From Paraphysomonas bandaiensis (taxonomy: Eukaryota; Protista; Chrysophyceae): DNA of 64,000 nt. Below, in pieces: positions 24,601 through 38,191 of this stretch. Each line of letters opens with the position of its first letter. Position 1 is the first letter of the stretch. The stretch is from NCBI GenBank assembly GCA_965644295.1, contig CBFFRP010000276.1:1-64000 (forward strand), given 5' to 3'. Below the pieces are notes generated by a model. It was not told the DNA's origin. It did not search any database and worked only from the letters and a program-made list of their open reading frames with translations. The position numbers and the translations under genes are program-made.

Positions 24601-27600
24601 TCGTCTCTGTTACAGAAGTTCCTATTGAAATATTGGGCTTATATTCACTTCCAGGAGACAAAACAACTTCACAGGGACGCAGAAGAACGGTCGCCGGGTC
24701 ATCACATAATGCTCCTGGCATAGTAGCTGGAACCCATTTGTAATCAGCTAAGCGCTTAATCCAAGCAGCCAAACCGACATTCATCACTGATGCTCCTATA
24801 TCGCATGTATTATAATATTGCAAAATAAACGGCAACGCATAAATCTCTGATACTACTGACTAAAATTCAACGGACCTGGTTGGCCTGGAGGCAGGTAATA
24901 CATACGTGCGTATGCCGGCGGAGGGTATCGGTCCATATCCGGCGGAATACGATGAGAGGAATTCACGTTGGTAGTCGCCACCCAATTATTGTCATCTGCT
25001 AATTGCTCTCTTCGTTTCTCACCAGGTTTTCCACACAGCAACGATGATAGGTAGGGAGTTGAATCCGCAGTGACAGATGAAGCATAATCTGCATTTTCAA
25101 GAAGCAGACATATCATAACCGCAACTCTCGTCGCATTTGACATTTCACTTCCATGCGTAGACTGAATGATTTCAATCCACTCCTGTGCAATATCGACATC
25201 AACTATTTCCACCTTTTTCTTTGTGAGCTTACCCAAATTGAAAGGTAAGAACATATCAAATGACGCGTTCGATTGACGCAATCTAATTTGGGGAATAAGT
25301 GATTCTTCGTCAGCTGTCAACCGTCGAAGGTGTGCTTCTAAGGATACTCCATTCTGTGCTCCACACTTTGATAGAAACGTGTGATACAGTTTCATCCAAC
25401 GTGTATTATTTTCAAACCCTTTCTTGACATAAACAGATGCAACGTAACTGAGAGAGGAATCGCGTGTCCTGTTGGCACTGGTAAAATTATCCGTAGAAAT
25501 ATATGCACTGCCAGATGGCACAAGTTTAAGACACCGGGAATCTTCAACCAGCAGGTGCGATACTGCCCCTGGTCTCTCCGCAGTTAACGCCCATTGAAAA
25601 ATTGTAACTACATCGTTCACAATATCACTCGGTAACCGAGAACCTTTGTACAAATCTGCCCAGTAAGTTAGTAACGCAGAGCATGCCGCATCTACTCCAA
25701 TAACACGGGAAGGATTCAGAGCTTGTGCACGGGATATGCACAATCGTGAAAGCCTAATCTTATCAGCCACTTCATTATGTTGTGCGCTGTCCGACGGAGA
25801 TACGAGTGCCTCCTCTACGTCCTTGTGCATCAACTTCAATGACACGTTGGTAGACTCATTGTTACGGTGTTTTCTCTTCTTTTTAAATGATGGCTGTTTC
25901 ATATTTTCTGTTTGTTTCCTCCGCTCAAGCTCAACATGTTCCGCGGCGAGTAAAACGCCTTTTCTTAGCAAGTCGTATATCGGGAGAGACTGGATTCCTT
26001 GAAAATCCTCAGGTTTCGGCCACGCCAGTTTATCTAGTGTAACAAATGAGCCGTCAGAAGTATAAAATACGGGCCAGTGATTCAACGCCGGCAACCATTC
26101 GGTTCCACCTTCCGACGGAGCAGATTGGCTGGTTGGAGCTGTAGCTTTAATCTTTTCAGAGGAGACAGATGCGGCCGCCTCCAGAGCAGAAAGAAAAGAT
26201 AAAGCTCTTTTCACATGATCCTCATCATTAGACAGTTGGAAATACGATATTCGATCACGAAGTAATCTGGCAGTTACTCTAGGTATACAATGCCAGAGTT
26301 CATACCATGCACACTCACATAATAAATCGCTGGCAAATGGATGCAGCCCAAACCATCGGCACACTATATCTCTCGGAAGATATTTCATCATCTCAGGAGG
26401 AAGCCAAATAACCTCAGCTGATTTAAAAAATCCGACTTCAGTTGAAGACCTCCACGCTGGCACAATTCGAGTGTGTAATACAGCATTCCTAACTTCAGTC
26501 GCATCCAATCGTTGTCCCAATACTTCGACAACTAATTTCTCACTAGAACTGCACCAAGAAAATTCAGGAATCTGACGATATGCACTTCCGATGTTTGTAC
26601 TCAGCTGCTTAGCAGTAGATACCCAGTGCAAGTACAGTACAACCAGTCGTGGATACTGTGAAAGTAAACACATGTTCCATTCATTGTCTGTGAGACTTTG
26701 TACATCTTGTCGATCAACAGAGAGCAGCCATGACCCTTGCATATGAATTCCAGGTGTGGGAAGTGCTAGTTTTGTCGGGAGAAGGGCATAAAGTAATCCT
26801 GGTTTCATACTATCGGGTAAGCCAGTCTTAGAACAGATTGAAAAAAATAAAGACACCTCCTCAACTTGTGATGAATTGCCTTTAATACTCCACTTTTTCT
26901 TCGTGTGTAATTCAAATGCATTTCTTGCCGCGAGGTTTGGAACAAAACAAACATTTAAAAATTGAACTACATGAGATTGTTTTTCGTGCTCCAATCGTAC
27001 AGTGTCTGCATAAGATGATTTCCACTCACTACATACCGGAGTCTTACATGCTGTAAATGTTTCAGAAATAGGGCTTACAACATGATCACATACGCGGTAG
27101 AAATCGTCTTGGTAGTGTAATGTCCATTCTTTGGCATTGGTACTATTGAATGCTTGGCGGCCGAGCAGAACAGGCACCGTGGTAGACAGACCTGCAAGGT
27201 CGGATTTAACAGCATGCATACCGCCTCTTGGACGCTGCAAGAAAAAAGAACACCACCCACGTGCTGCAGAATCATGAGACATGGCCTTCGACACCTCCTG
27301 CTTCAGTGAGTTTAGCTCACTCGAATGTACCCACTGTGGCTTTAGAACCCAGCTATGCGTGGGCTCCATTGTAGGAGAAGTGGCTGGTTCATCAAAACAG
27401 AAGCTCCATGTGTTGTCACACACGACGACTCGGGCATACCGCTTGTACACTGCTTTGAATCCCACACCCATGAATCCAATTTTCCTTTTTTCACCGGACG
27501 ACCCTTTAGTGGACAGTCCCACACTTGCCAACCCAAGAACATCTAGAGGAGTGAATCGTCGCCCATTGTGGCAGAACAATATACCCTCAGGGATATGGGA

Positions 27601-28113
27601 GTGACTTCCGTGACTACTCTTAACTACCACTTTATTAGCTCCATCATCAACTGCATTTTGAAGTAACTCAAACAAATATAAATCATTTCGAGGAAACTGC
27701 TTTTCTAATATAGCTAAAAAACCACGTATCGAAGGTTCTAAAACCTGTCGAGAGTAATATCTTTGTACAGCTTCAACAATTATCCTAGCAATATCTATTG
27801 ATACATCTATTGCACTAGACAATATACTCTCTCTAGTTGGAGGTTGATTTATACATACTCTTCCATCTTTATACCAGACAAACTCATCTCTTGTTCTACA
27901 TAATATGTATATAGAAGATGGAATACTGATACCAAGAATATCAGAATATATATCTTCATTTATTTCGTTTGATTCATTTCTTACTATTGCAATGATACCA
28001 TCATCACTCACGACGATACAGAGCATCTCTTCATTGCTTGATGGGAGAACGAAACATGGTCCAATTACATTACGTAATATAGGTTCAGCTGCTAGTCTTA
28101 ATGGAAGAGTCAT
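21661..28113 (-). CDS. Large (~2100 aa) sacsin/NOV-like HATPase-domain protein
   Basis: FELLQNAVDDGA, HNGRRFT, IGFMGVGFKAVY (GHKL-like sacsin-type ATPase). The three ORFs are joinable through an intron near 24800-24900 (exact ends ambiguous) and intron 23893-23944. First ATG at 28113. Confidence 0.8.
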
Positions 28114-28210
28114 TTTCAGGTTAAAAGTATGAATAGACAAAAGAAATGAATTCTATGTTAATAATCTTCTCTGCACACATATACACGATCCATCTCCGCC
28201 AAAACAGAAC

Positions 28211-28433
28211 ACATACATACATACATACATACATACATACATACATACATACATACATACATACATACATACATACATACATACATACATACATACATAC
28301 ATACATACATACATACATACATACATACATACATACATACATACATACATACATACATACATACATACATACATACATACATACATACATACATACATAC
28401 ATACATACATACATACATACATACATACATACA

Positions 28434-28465
<32 letters not shown>

Positions 28466-28741
28466 CATACATACATACATACATACATACATACATACAT
28501 ACATACATACATACATACATACATACATACATACATACATACATACATACATACATACATACATACATACATACATACATACATACACCATACATACATA
28601 CATGCATACATACATACATACATACATACATACATACATACATACATACATACATACATACATACATACACCATACATACATACATGCATACATACATAC
28701 ATACATACATACATACATACATACATACATACATACATACA
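28211..28741. repeat. (TACA)n microsatellite, ~530 bp
   Basis: Directly visible, with a few variant units (atat, cacca, atgc). Confidence 0.99.
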
Positions 28742-29891
28742 GGCAGTATCTGTGGAGGATATCTAGTCAGAAGAGTCAGTCATGTATTGTTCTTGTTGAA
28801 TATTTACATGTGATTATACATCATATCACTGAGCTCAGTATATATAGTCTTTACACACTTGATATGAAAGAATTCTGCAGAAGATAGCACTTGGTTCCGT
28901 GGTGAAATCCCTTATCCTATAATTGCATTCATACAAAGACAGAGGGATGTACAATGAACTTACAAACTTCTTAGGGTAATCCGGGATTTCTTTGGATATT
29001 ATTGATCTCGACTGCACTGATTGCTTAATTCGATGGTTTTGTAGGAAAGCACTTTGGACAAAACCACCACAGGAGATTGACTTAATATGGTAACTATTAA
29101 GACCAAAAATGGGGAAAGTTTTCTCAGTTGCGATGGCCAAACCACATATCTGCTCCTATTATAGTCACTATGTGTTAGATTGTACCTTTGAGCTATATGT
29201 GGTGCTATATAGATTGGAGAGTTCTTGAAACAACTTTGGTGTAATAGACAGACAAATATGCGGTAAAGAAATAATAAATGTAGCGGTGATTAGTAGAAAC
29301 TAATTGAAGTTGTCAGTCGATTCCATTCTTAAGACCCCTTGCGTATATACCCCTACTACTTATCCAGTGGAATATCCAGGAGTAAACAGTATTGTCAATC
29401 ATCTCCTGAGCACACCTCTTCCCTATTCCTAATAATCAGGAAGTTATATCCATCGATTGTACTGTAACCAAGGAATTACATCTTCATTGTCTGGTGATCA
29501 CTCTCTGTGGAAAGGCAAAATCATACCGTTGACACCTTGACCACTATCGTCTATCGTGTAATGTTTTTGATATGATTCGGCTTGATGTAACGTGTCGAGT
29601 GTTATTTCTATCTAACGATAATAAAATAGATGATTAGTACTGGTTAAATCTCTGAATTAATTCTGCTGCGTATAGTAGCTGTTACATTATATATTTTCGA
29701 CGCTAGCATGTAATGGTACGAGAGGGTAGGTATCTAAAGCTGGAATAGAGTAATTAGGTAATAAAGCTTAGAAAAAACAGTAGAGTTCTGGATAAACCTG
29801 AACAGCTATTTCATTCGTGAAAGTTTACAGGAACGCAACGACAAAGAAACGGAGTCAAAATAAGCACAAACTTACAATTATATTCATCAAA

Positions 29892-31165
29892 CTATAACGT
29901 ATAGCCAAGCATAAATATGAACACAGACACAAAGAGAGATGATATTGTCCACATTTCTCTAAACGATACCCTCTTTTTCAAGCCATAAAAAGTCACTCCA
30001 AACGGTAACGCTCTTAGTTTTGACAGAGCTAGACGATACTGACACACAGTATCTGAATTTTCAAATTGGTAACAAGATTGCACTCCTCCTAGAGCAATTT
30101 CAAGCCTAGAATAAATATTATTGCTAAGAACAGGAAACAATGAGGAAACTAGGTCACCTAAGGTTTAGTGCATCAAGTTGTGCCACACTCGCAGTAATGA
30201 CGAAAAGTACAGCGCCGTTGGATCCAATCCACGCCAGCAGTGCGATCGCATTAGCAGCTGATATTTCTTGAATAAGAAACCCCTACAAAAATGTGACATA
30301 TCATTACAAGCATCAAGTGTCACGCTACCTGAAGTAGAAATACTATTAGTGGGAAGAGAAATAGTATATTTTGAGTCACAATTGGGCTCAATGCAGAATT
30401 GAGCCTCTCATTTACTTCGTAAACGTCATCGTACCAGCTCAACCAATCTCTTATATCAATGGGGTAGTTTTCACGAGTCTCAACGTATTCAATTAGACGA
30501 ATCAATTTCTTTTCAAAGAAGGAGCAGGGTATTCGTACTAGGAGCACAGGTAGAAGCCATGCAAAATTAACATAAACATAGACAACACTGCTAGCACTCC
30601 ACGCATTCTTATGACCAACATGAAGAGGTTCTACTTCCCCGCCACTTCCATGCGCAAAGAATATTAAGCTGTAGTTAAATATACACCCTAATATTATGAC
30701 AGTTATCCAATTTCGAACCATTATCCGCAACTTCGTTTTGTTTATACTAGCCTCCCTCTCAACAGGCACAGATCTTATAGATGAAATGTTTTCATTCGTA
30801 GCCATACAACTCAACAAATGTATAAAATTTACACCACGGTAGGGGCAGAGTGAAATGTTGATATACGATGCAACTGCTGAAAAATTGAAAATAATCAGTG
30901 ATATAGTTAAGAAATCTAAAGAATCCATATGCCGCAAGGATTGAACAATTAAAAATATTAACAGAAAGACTGTAGATGCTGTAGCGACTACATTATAGGC
31001 TTTCCAATACATCGAGTCAGTACTAGTGATAGGTATTCCAAGTATGCGAAGCAGCAAAATCAACCATTCCAAACCCGTCCCTGTATTCGACAGTGTCTCC
31101 CTTTCTATCTGCCTGATATCTATATTAAGACTGCTGATATTCTCATCACCAACTATAGGGTTCAT
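29892..31165 (-). CDS. Seven-transmembrane protein, gustatory-receptor-like (7TMIC/GRL/DUF3537-like), ~391 aa
   Basis: Introns 30283-30328 and 30106-30157 join three exons in frame. N-terminal 'LLLRILGI', seven hydrophobic segments, C-terminal 'PFGVTFYG...TISSLFVSVFIFMLGY'. Confidence 0.68.
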
Positions 31166-31376
31166 GATAAAATATAATCCGTTGTCCTTCTAAATAAAGT
31201 GGGATCACATGATATGCTAATGATACTTATATTTAACTGCATATCTAAAAGATTATATATATATAGTGGATAGTAACAATAGATACTATAGTTATGTACA
31301 CGAGAGTACAGAGTATAGAGAGCAGCAGTATACAGTGGTAGATCCACATATACTACTATACTACTGCTGTATATAC

Positions 31377-31412
31377 ACCAAACCATACCATACCATACCA
31401 TACCATACCATA
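31377..31412. repeat. Short (ACCAT)n tract in a divergent intergenic region
   Basis: accaaaccataccataccataccataccataccata. Confidence 0.85.
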
Positions 31413-31587
31413 CGCAGTTGTAGGGGGAGAAGTATATACATATACTCACATATGCCTACTGTAGGGTACTGTACCAGTAGTTGGAGTGGGGGCTCGGAGC
31501 CACTCACCTTCACTCGCTCCCATATACTCATATAGTAATAACCAACAATCAACCTAACCACTATAACTTACACTAATTATAATTAAA

Positions 31588-32118
31588 ATGGCTCCTTCTA
31601 AAAAACGTGAAAGAGATACTGAAGGTCAGAAAGAGACCCCAGTATTAAAGGGGAAAAAGACGAAGAAATCGAAGCAGCAGACGGATGACTCTTGTGTTGT
31701 ATACTTAGGACATATTGCACATGGTTTCTACGAAACAGAGCTCAGAAAATTCTTTTCACAGTTTGGTAAAGTAAAGCGATTGAAATTGTTTCGTAATAAA
31801 AAAACTTTGGCGTCTCGTGGCCACGCTTTCATTGAGTTTGAGAACAGCTCTACTGCTGAGACAGTTGCCGAAGCCCTCGATGGCTACTTCTTGAGCGACC
31901 GCCAACTCGTGTGTCATGTAGTTCCGACAAGCAAACATCACGAAGGCATGTTTTTACCTCCAAAACCTCAGGCTACAACTGAGGAATCGGAAGAGAGCGC
32001 ACCTGTGGGTGACGAGAATGAGGTGTCAGAGAAAACAATAAGCAGGGCGACGCGGAGACAAAAACAAAAACAAGAGAGATTGAAAGAGTTAGGAATAGAC
32101 TATGTGTTTATGAAATGA
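31588..32118 (+). CDS. Nucleolar RRM protein, NIFK/Nop15-like
   Basis: VVYLGHIAHGFYETELRKFFSQFG, SRGHAFIEF, basic N-terminus, C-terminal LKELGIDY. Confidence 0.88.
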   Translation: MAPSKKRERDTEGQKETPVLKGKKTKKSKQQTDDSCVVYLGHIAHGFYETELRKFFSQFGKVKRLKLFRNKKTLASRGHAFIEFENSSTAETVAEALDGYFLSDRQLVCHVVPTSKHHEGMFLPPKPQATTEESEESAPVGDENEVSEKTISRATRRQKQKQERLKELGIDYVFMK

Positions 32119-32888
32119 GGGATTGCATTATAACTATTGATAGGCTGGGATATATATGTGTGTTTCAGTAGAGTGAAGCGCACGCAATAGTACTTATTCA
32201 TCAAATAATAAATATATTTTTCCTTTGACAAGTAGTCATATATTTAGCGAGTTAATTGTTTGAAACGCATTTCTTATTAAGTTAAAAGACGATGACTGGC
32301 AATGAAAACCAGAAAATGAGAAGACTCTCACACTAAATTATTCTAAAGAAGAGGGAAAGCGAGCCCTTTTTACCCCTAATGGGCTAATGGGAGTACTCAC
32401 ATGATAATTTAGTTTAATAATTAATTACTTTATATATGTCATTAATATTCTATAATTCCTCCCGTTTTTGAGAGACTGTGAGCTATAAGAAGTGATAACT
32501 TACTCCTGCAAATTATATTTTATATTTTCTGCATATGAAAACGTAGTGGTGGTGCAATTAACGTAAGAAACAACGTACAGCACAAATTATTAGTAGACTC
32601 ATGTATATCATGATAACATAAACCTAGTCTACAAGTTACTAGCACAACCAATGATCCAAAGCCTATCAATAGAATAAAATCACTATGTAAATATCGGTAT
32701 CCATCTCCTAATATCCACAGTAACTGTCGAATGATGCAGGCACTCTTACGCTATTTTCTTCTATCATTACCTTTAACATTTCGAAACTGGATCGAAAATT
32801 ATCAGGGAACCTGCGGATTATCACCGAACAGCCATGCAGAAGGCTATAGACATAGAGCTTGTCAGATTGAAGCGTACGCATATCAGAT

Positions 32889-33877
32889 TTAGATTTTACT
32901 TACAGTTATAGTAGATCCGTCGATTTTTTTCTCCGGTTTATGTGTTCCCAGCACTCTGGTTTGTCCAGCTTTACTACTGTATTTCTTCGCCAGATTCTCT
33001 ACGTCGGACTTCTCGGCCTTCGCGAGAGCAGTACCAAAGAAAGCATTGATCGAGGCCACCTTCTCCAGGGTAATAGATGTATCGGTCATGTGATGGGCAG
33101 ACAAATTTTCCTCAGGCACCTGGGCAGCAAGGACTTCCAGGTGTATTCCGTTACCAGTGTCTTCCTCCATCATGTGTTCACCATTGTCCAGTCGGAAACT
33201 GTTTTGTCTGCTTTTATCATCTGTTCCTACGTCAGCTTTAGAGTCTGAGTGGTGGGTATGGATGGATTTGCATTCTGATGAGTCGATAATCCACTCGGAC
33301 GTATCAAACTTGCCGTCCTTAAAGTGCGGGTCCCCCTAAATTGCGAACTGTCCTCAACACAACGTAGGAATACATAGTAATGGCACACCTTCTGATAATA
33401 TGCCTTAATCGTAGGTCCACAACCTGGGTAGCATTCAATAAATACATTCCATGCATCCGGGCTGACCCGACAGTAATGTCCGGGACTATCCTTCATTGCC
33501 ATGATTAGGGAAGGCTTTCCGACCCATTGCTTTTTGTCTGGGTCGTACATCACAAGGTCATCGTTCCTACAAGGACCAGGATTCGGAGATACATATCTAT
33601 CATAATGGGTAAACATCAGCCACGCATTCATCCATGAAGAATCTACAATATAACACAAATGCGATTCCTGGACAATAGTTATTTGCACCATTTAATGATT
33701 TATAGTACATACACTTGTTGCAATATCATTTACAACAACTCTCCGCAGTTCATCTTCTCTATCATTAACAACATGACCATATCTCAGATTGCCATATCGG
33801 TCATAATAGATGTCTTTTGGATCATAAGCAGGTGGAATAGTTACCTCCTCACCTTCACTCGAACTAGAGCAGCCCAT
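32889..33877 (-). CDS. DUSP-domain protein with predicted N-myristoylation/palmitoylation (MGCSSS)
   Basis: YIVDSSWMNAW...PGPCRNDDL...HYCRVSPDAW...YPGCGPTI matches the DUSP pattern. Introns ~33669-33711 and ~33337-33388. Confidence 0.72.
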
Positions 33878-34286
33878 TGGAATTCCTTACTAGATAGATA
33901 TGAAATACCTTACTCGTATAGGATATGAATTGTTTAAATAAACTTCTATGTAAAAAGGAGGGTGTATGAAGGCATATAAGAGCACCAAGCAGCTGCAGAG
34001 TCTAGCCGCTGAGCTACTGTGTACTGACATGGATCACAATACAAACGTAAGTATATTACGTAATGTGGTTTTTGGACACTTTCTTTCTAAAAATCTTAAA
34101 ATTTCAATATTGGTCTCGTTTTCATATCAAAATATCTAGAAGTTTTAGTTGCACTGTGGGGTTTACTGTAGATACTCTCATATAAAAATCCTGTTTTTTG
34201 GCCTGCTATCTATTGTACACACTTACAGGAAATTACTTAAAGAACTGTTCCATTCAAACTATCTTCCAGAGTATCTGCTACTTGCT

Positions 34287-34752
34287 ATGGATATTGAGGA
34301 CAATCATGCTATGGATAATGAAATGAAAAGTGTCGCATTTGAAATATTTGGAAAGGTGTTGTGCATTATATTTACTTCATATTTCTTAGTATTTACATCA
34401 GGTTCAAAGGGTTTATTTTAGAAAGCATACTTTGGTAATTCCTAGAAGAAATGTTCGTTTGTGACTAATGAATAAGTGAAGGAGAAAGCATTAGAGCTTG
34501 GACTTCGGGGTTGGGTTCAAAATACCAATCGCGGTACTGTGATTGGTTGCGCTCAAGGGCCGGTTCCACAAGTCGACCTCATGAAAGAGTGGCTTGAAAC
34601 TACTGGGTATTGTTTAAAAGATTACTACAATGGTGCTCATATTACCGTTTATGGAAAATAGGTCGCCGAAGTCTAGAATCGATGAAGCTGTTTTCAAGGA
34701 TGAAAGGCCAATTAGCGATTGGCAATTTGACGATTTCGAAATAAAAAGGTAG
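34287..34752 (+). CDS. ACYP: Acylphosphatase
   Basis: FEIFGK|VQRVYFRKHT..., LGLRGWVQNTNRGTVIG, G|SPKSRID. Three short introns; one apparently needs an AAG acceptor. Confidence 0.85.
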
Positions 34753-35199
34753 TTCTCAATATGACCGTGTTCGCTACCAATGCTTTCACTTTATTGATTG
34801 AGTATGATTTAAACTGTGTTATTTTTCAATTCTAATAAACATAAGAATGTCTTTGTTATTACTACCTTCCAGTACATAGTAATGTCTCTCCTTTATATCC
34901 ATTCTAGTTCTCACTATCTTAAACATATACTGTATGGTGACATACTCTGTATACTGAGGAGAAAACATATATAAACCTGCTGAAGCAATATATCATCTGA
35001 TATAAGTAGTTGTGTAGGCACATATACATATTAAAGTCAATAACTATGGTACAAACATTTTCACAGACAATAACACTGAGTATTCATCACCCATGTCATT
35101 GATGCAGCAAGTACCTAGGTCAATATGTAGTGGAAATCAATATGATTAATGACACCTAAGGTAACCATAGAAGAATTGGTGTTCTTGAGAGGATCATGC

Positions 35200-35560
35200 G
35201 ACAGCAGCTTAGATTAGACGGAAAATTATCTTCCTCAAGGAACAAAATCTCGAAGAGTTTTACCATCTATAAGGAATTCCATCACGTGGGTCAGCATGTC
35301 GTGACTTTTACTTGGTCTGTAGTCTGTAAGAAGTCGTCACCGATGAGGTTGACCACCCTCTTTCTTTTTCTTACTTCACAATCCAGCGACTTTACCCATT
35401 TCTTGACCCATTCAAGTCACCGATATACATTAAATATGCTTACAAAAGTGATTTGCTTCGTATCAGTCGTCGTCAATGAAGTCTGCTTGTAGCATTTCCA
35501 TTCTTGTAACCAATAACTCAAATGTAGTGTACATATTCTGCCAATTATTCAAGCTTAACT
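35200..35560 (-). pseudogene. Possible degenerate hAT transposase fragment
   Basis: Minus strand ~35262-35292 reads PT*WNSL*MV (ccc acg tga tgg aat tcc tta tag atg), i.e. the hAT 'TRWNS.y.M' motif with two nonsense changes. Confidence 0.35.
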
Positions 35561-36136
35561 ATTCCAATGAAGACACTATATAGTATAGTTTTATCTTATC
35601 GAAACGCCTTAGAAAACATACTGTCGAGAACGATAAAACATACTGTGAATACTTTCTCTGACAAGCAGTGACTGCATTGCAGTTGCTCTATTGTTCTATA
35701 TATATAGCATGGAAACTTATGAAAAGGATCTTAAAAGGAGCAGAGGAAATGATTTATACTAATATCTAGACTAGATAAAGATATTCAGGAGGATGCATGC
35801 AGATAGATAACCGTAAACTATAAAAATAGGGGATATTTTTACCATACTTCAAAAACTCGGATTTTGGCATACGGACAACACAGCAGCACAAGATCCAGAG
35901 TGGTATATACTGAATATACACTCCCGTATTGGATGTACATGTATGTCTGTCGATGAACTCAACATATATTTTTGTATGCAGACAGTTGTATATGTATGTG
36001 TTGTACAGTGTATATATATATATAGTAGCACAGCACAGTGTCTGGCTTGTATATATGATACTCCTCTCATCAATATCATCATAAATAAGCACTATAGCAC
36101 CAGAAGAGTCATCTTAGTTACACTTTTATAAAAAAT

Positions 36137-36924
36137 ATGCGTTTTCGATTTTGCGGTGATTTGGATTGCCCAGACTGGGTTCTCTCTGAGATTGCCACGT
36201 TATCTAAATTGGTATGTCTCCAGAGCATACATATATAATATATGACAATATTAATAACACAGACATCAGTTAGAGTCAAGATTTTGGTTGTGCAAATTCT
36301 AAACTATTGCATTGAAGGAGTTTTTAATTATGAAAAGGTATATATATTAGATTGTATACTATACAATAAATAATTTTAATGGTTGTTAACAAAGGTTGTA
36401 AAAATCGCAAAGGATAACTCTGATGGGGTCTCAGATCTAAAGGTATTTCCTCGTTGACTTGGAGTTGTTTTTTAATATTTTGGTGCTAGGGCTCTATTGC
36501 CGCTGTGCATTTTATCGTTTCCAATGCGGCGAAGCATGATCTTGATGAATCGTCACTGGTTCAAGAGGTTCAACAGCTTGGGTTGCCAAAGGAAAATTCA
36601 GAGGCTATTGCTCGGCAGTATAGAGAACACAAAGATATTTTACGGCAACGGTTTGCACAAGAAAGTTATTCTATTTCCTCTTTGCTATCGTCGGACTGGA
36701 GAGTTGACCTGGCTATAACCAACAGTTCTGGGGAGTCCACAATGGAGCCGGTGATACAACTGAAATTGGGCGTTGACACGAAGCCTCACCTGGGTGGCAT
36801 GAACTCTTCTGGGGATGATGAACGTGTTCGGGAACTGGCATTCGAAATGAGTGCTGAGAAACTGAATGTATTGATTCATGAGTTAACACATGCCCAGTCA
36901 CAAATGGAATCAATTGAAAACTAG
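36137..36924 (+). CDS. COMMD4: COMM domain-containing protein 4
   Basis: [25 protein letters not shown] start, [16 protein letters not shown] motif; several short introns. Confidence 0.93.
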
Positions 36925-37640
36925 GTGTTGTTCAGTTTTTGTATCTAGTATCTAGTAGTGGCCGAAATAAACAGATTAAATAGTTATGATATCTTTGTTC
37001 AGATGAAAGAAATCGGATGTTCATCACTGGGTCATATGTGGTGTTCTACTTCAACTCTATTGAGTGTACTGGAACATGTTCATCAACCAAGTGACTACGC
37101 AATCATGTACTGATTTTTTGTTGTCAAATGGATATCAATCCTGTATACCGGTATAAATATTTCTGACAGAGCCCCTACAATGGCTACTAGCGCTTTAGAT
37201 AGCTGCCTCTTACGCGGAGCTTCTCGTGACCATGCATGACTCAATATAGGCCTAGAGAATGCGTAATCTCTTATAGGATATAGGCTATGAAAGTATAGTG
37301 TAGATCTAGCTAGAGCTTGCTTGGTGACGACACACAAAGAATACGCTGAGATAATATTGACAATCTATTCGTTACTTAGCTTAATCAAGGCTAGCACTTT
37401 ACTGGGGTACACCCTCGCAATGGGGCAATAGGTAATAGCACATATCATATATCACATATAGACATATAGTGCATATTCCCATAAATCGCACTTACCGTAA
37501 ATCGAAATCTAATCTCTCTCCTCAGAACCAAGATACTCAGATTAAAAATGAGAACTCTGTAATATTAGTTGACGAATTATAAAACAAAGTATATAGGAAG
37601 GTATTGAAGAAATCTGTTTCCCGATTTCGTAATTGGAGAA

Positions 37641-38191
37641 GTAGTGAATGTCTAATTAATAGCAACAGGCGTTTAAGAGTCAAAGCTACTTTAGCATTGC
37701 AATTTAACTAACTAGTGATTAACTCTGATACTACATTTTACGGCTACGAAAGCTGCTTGTGCGTCACCGCAAGCACCAAGGCGCAGAGGTGCAATCGCTC
37801 TCGCTCTATCCCTCACAGCAAACGCAGTGAGCACAAGCAGAATGCTGATCTACCTTACATCTGCTGACTTCAGAATTTCTGAGTCTTTAAGTGAACAGCC
37901 CAAATGTTTGACTTTAGGAGGCAGCCCACTACCCTGGATGCCCTTGAGGAGGGCCCTCTTTCGGATGCCTGCTATTCGTCTAGGATACCTATAAGACATC
38001 TACGTAGGTAACACTTATTAGTTATTAGTGTCCCTTGTACCACACAAGCATTTGGCTATGAGCAATGAGTGGGCAGACTCATGTCTGCTGACTATATATA
38101 CTGCGGCTAACGTTGTAGTTTCCCGGTACTTATCCCTCAGTACCCAGTACACCACGAAAAGGTGCGAGTCCGCTTTTGTTGCTTTGTTGAG
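37641..38191 (-). mobile_element. Diverged near-full-length SINE-like element, copy D
   Basis: Colinear with copies A-C. The ribozyme head (38103-38191) has lost the P4 hairpin and carries small duplications. No TSD seen. Confidence 0.82.

Noticed and set aside
28121-28766. ORFs of MYVC/HTYI repeats
   Set aside because: Translation artefacts of the stop-free (TACA)n microsatellite.
28835-29600. Coding-like fragments on the minus strand
   Set aside because: Interrupted by stops, with no family I can recognise.
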